DNA from: Dimargaris cristalligena
Lineage: Eukaryota
Direction: 5' to 3'
Assembly (NCBI GenBank): GCA_003614675.1
Contig: ML002233.1
Span: 1 to 64,000, forward strand
Length of the DNA stretch: 64,000 nt
Positions 60,606-64,000 of the stretch are shown one piece after another. A program made the position numbers and the translations under genes. Within the stretch, counting starts at the first letter, position 1. The number at the start of each line of letters is the position of its first letter. Below the pieces are notes generated by a model, which searched no databases, was not told the DNA's origin, and saw nothing but the letters and a program-made list of their open reading frames with translations.

Positions 60606-62615
60606 GATGATATAAGTGGGGTGATTATGGGCCGTAGGAAACTAAAATAGAGGGAAATAACGAACAATGGGGAGCTCTAATGAACCATGAATAAATAGAA
60701 GTGGGGGTGAGGAAGCAAGGCACTGGGAGGAAGTCGACTGATCCACATGCCAGCATTCAATTCCCTTTCACAATCAAGGAGGACATCCCCAAACCTCTGC
60801 TCTATTCCCAGTGGGGGAGAGTTTCAATTTCGACAGTCTATATAGGCGATGGGACGATTATATGATGCCTATGGGATTTTTGGGATATTTCCATAAACAA
60901 ACCAAGGCCAATATTTAAAGCTCAGTTTGTATTGCTGCAAAGTGCTGGATTGGGTGAGGTGAATTTTTATACTGATTTTTGTCATGTACGATCACTTCCA
61001 TAAGTATTCATGTTGTTATTACATAAATATTGCTATCTCCCCCACGAAGTATTTTGCCATCACCTCTGAAACCATTGGTGAGAAGCAATCACCGATAATG
61101 AGACCAACCAGTGCGAAAAGCAGAGGATGTCAATGGCAAATGACCTTCTTAGCCGGTGATCGCGTGGACACTTTCAGCGATATTACGGCTAGTTTTGATG
61201 AGCGGTGCATCAAAGCCCGCCGGTTTTATTCTCTAAAACGGGAAGCATAACCTCAGGTACGATACTGGACACAACTTTGAGCATGGCTCTGAGAGTCCAT
61301 TTTCATCTATATTGTACGTTACAATTATTCGCTTCCGAGTATTTCTTCATCAAATTATTACATAAACCGTTTTCGAGTCGATCTTATAAAGTAGTCGTGT
61401 CTGTCCATTAATTATAAAAAGGAACCCGAAAGAATAAAGTCGTAAGTAGTCAAGGTTTCTCGATTCTGTCATATTTAATTCAAGTATGTCGATTTGTTCG
61501 AGTTCTTTATAAATAGTTTAATAATCGTTAAAAAATCATGATGCCCCGCATATCCCATCACCCTTCTGTCTTTCCGAAAGTGACAGGGTCGCTACTATCG
61601 GATATGGCCTTGTCCCTGTTCACCCAGCCTATACTCCCGCAGGAATGGTGTGTTGTCACAAACTCTCCGCCCAGGCCTGATTATTCTCAACCCGAAAAGA
61701 CCACTTTGAATCCTCCCGGGCGCCCGGGATATTGCTGTAAAAGTTCATAAAATTTTTCCCCTTTGAGATGAAATTGGAAAACAAAAATTGGGGGGATTGA
61801 GATAAAGGATACAGCCATGTCCACCAAACGGGAGATTTCGACTAACAAAAGTGTCCGTAATACGACTTATTTACTGCTATTGTGAGGTATATGGGCTCCG
61901 GTTTCTCGGGCTCGCCACTTAAGTATTATTTATCTTGTCACTAGCCATTAATGACCTATATAAACCCCCGGATAGTATCCTATATATATAGTTTTTAACT
62001 AAATATCCTACCGTTTACAGTTTTGGGTGCATGTGTCCCAGTTTTATAACAACTGAATAGGATCTTGGCAAGAAGAGAAATAGTTAACTTAAGCGCGGAA
62101 TTATAACTAGCCGCTACTATTTTAGCCGGGATTGGCCTTCTCGATTTCACGGGCCATAGAAGCAGATACCTTGTCGATATATAATTGACACAACCCCAAC
62201 CATCCCACGTGTTATATCCAGTTTAACTTGTGTGGCAGCAATACATTAGGCCAATAGCCACCAATATTAAGCAGAGCGATATTTTAATTGCAAAGCACAT
62301 GCAAATAAATAAAATGGAGGGAGCAAAGCGTAATAAATCATACCCTATAGTCGGGAACTTGGGGGCTGCTGCTTTATTAAATATTCCTAACAGTAAGAGC
62401 AATGGGACTGCGTATACTAGTTTATGGGATAGACACAGTGGGGAGGAACACTACTATGCCAGAGTACACCCGATATGAACAAATTATCTGCAAAAATCCT
62501 TTGCTCAAAGGTCCACAGTTACCCATTAGGACTAATACTCCAGCCACCTGAATTTTAACCCGTTTGTTTCTGATAACAGAGGCATCATTTCAAGCCAGTC
62601 TTATTAATCAGTTCG

Positions 62616-63694
62616 GCTGTTTTGTGGGAACCACAATTGGCTTTTAGTGACAATACCATACTGCCTACCAAAGTGATACCCCAATTAATGAATGAATATT
62701 ACTGTCCAGATGCAGCAACAAAAAACAGGGTAATGAACCTAGTGAATTAGTTTTGCAGACTATGCCCCATAGGCTAAACAAATAAAAATACAAACTATAA
62801 TAAAGATAAGTAGCTAAATATAAAAGCCTATAATTGTCTATTAGGCCCAGAAGACTCTGCCCCTACCCTTTCATGGCTGATTGAAAGGAAGGCTATGTTC
62901 CCTCCTATAGACTTGGAATGGTAAATTTCATTCCCAAACTCAACTCCCTCTTTTGTTTTGCCACCTATTGGACCATCTAATCCATCCTAATCTGGATACC
63001 TTAGTGTCTATCCTTATTAGGCCTTATAGTACCATATTAACCTTCCTAAGGCCACCCCCAGTACTATGGGATCACCCTATGCTATATAACCTTTCCTCTT
63101 CCAGACTTTCCCTCTTTTCACTAATCACTCAAGTGCTAATCCAAAGACTCCTCCAGTTATCATCAGAGTCTTCCAGACTCTAACAGCTGTCTGGTTAGCC
63201 TATTTTACCATACCCTAGCCTTAGTAGTATCCTTCCCCCAGGGCCTCCCTCTAGAGTTACCCCCACATATATATAACTGGGCCCTATTGGGACTGGTTAG
63301 ACTCCCCAGCTTATTCTTACTCCCTAGTTTATCCTAATAAACTCTATATATGCCTACCCCTCTTGTACTGACTAGTAAGTGTGCTCACTACATGTCCCTT
63401 ACCTGTACCTGTATTTTGTAGCCTTTAGTAGTTAGTACTGTGCCCCCTCACCTAATACTAGGGCCCACTTGACTAAGCCCAAGCCCCATCTACCATTAGA
63501 AGCCTATCCTTGGGACTCTTAATGGACTAAGAGTAGTTAACCTGGGTGACATATATGTATATATATATAATTAAAGAGCTGAATGAGAGCCAGGGTGCTG
63601 GTGTATAGTGGGTAGGCTGAGTGGAAAAGTGCAACCCCAATGTCTTGGGCTTAAAGCTGATATAAGTAGCACAGCTGATGGGAGAGATTGTACC
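62616..63694. mobile_element. CpG-free, TpA-rich tract; probable decayed repeat/transposon relic
   Basis: No CG dinucleotide found by eye between the CG at 62614-62615 and the CG at 63695-63696, although C and G are common. No TE protein motif recognisable, so the TE call is inference. Confidence 0.4.
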
Positions 63695-64000
63695 CGGGTT
63701 GATAACAGACAACTAGGTGGTGGTAATAGCAGTCAATAAGGAAATAACACATCACAGGCTGAAGTGGCAGGGAATCAGGGTTTGAACCACCACATCGCAT
63801 CCATTATTCTATGCTATATTCCACCCAACGAGGAGAAAAGCAAGTAATACAGTGTGCGTTCAATTCAAGAACTAAAGCGGATTAATGTGCTAAAACTTGG
63901 TAGCTAGAGGCTGATTATTTGGTGTTTTTATTTTAAAATAGTAGGGGTAATGACTAAAGTTGTCAGAATACCTAGCCGTCCTCACCGAACCCCAATATCA

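Overview
Eukaryotic, fungal genomic DNA with GT-AG introns of about 130-520 nt. An early-diverging (non-Dikarya) lineage is my inference from protein style and gene structure; it is not established. The window holds one tRNA-Ile(AAT) and 17 intact protein-coding genes: PIF1 helicase, metacaspase MCA1, a PhzF/PBLD-family isomerase, Pol III subunit RPC34, two convergent F-box/LRR-like genes, VPS9, a mitochondrial DUF155/RMND1-like gene, RSP5, SEC22, mitochondrial uL5, NMN adenylyltransferase, a secreted/GPI-type surface protein, COG8, an AVT-family amino-acid transporter, a 59-aa metallothionein missed by the ORF track, and complex I subunit NDUFA7. Most split genes were rebuilt by hand from splice sites and all rebuilt models stay in frame. 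The items most worth checking are: a densely base-paired ~450-nt + strand segment at 6.4-6.85 kb that I cannot assign to a known RNA; the two-domain metallothionein; an E-to-G change in the conserved HECT motif of RSP5; a secreted-protein gene broken by two in-frame TAA codons; and a 1.08-kb CpG-free tract near the right end. No prokaryotic-type systems (CRISPR, operons) and no intact transposon ORFs were seen.
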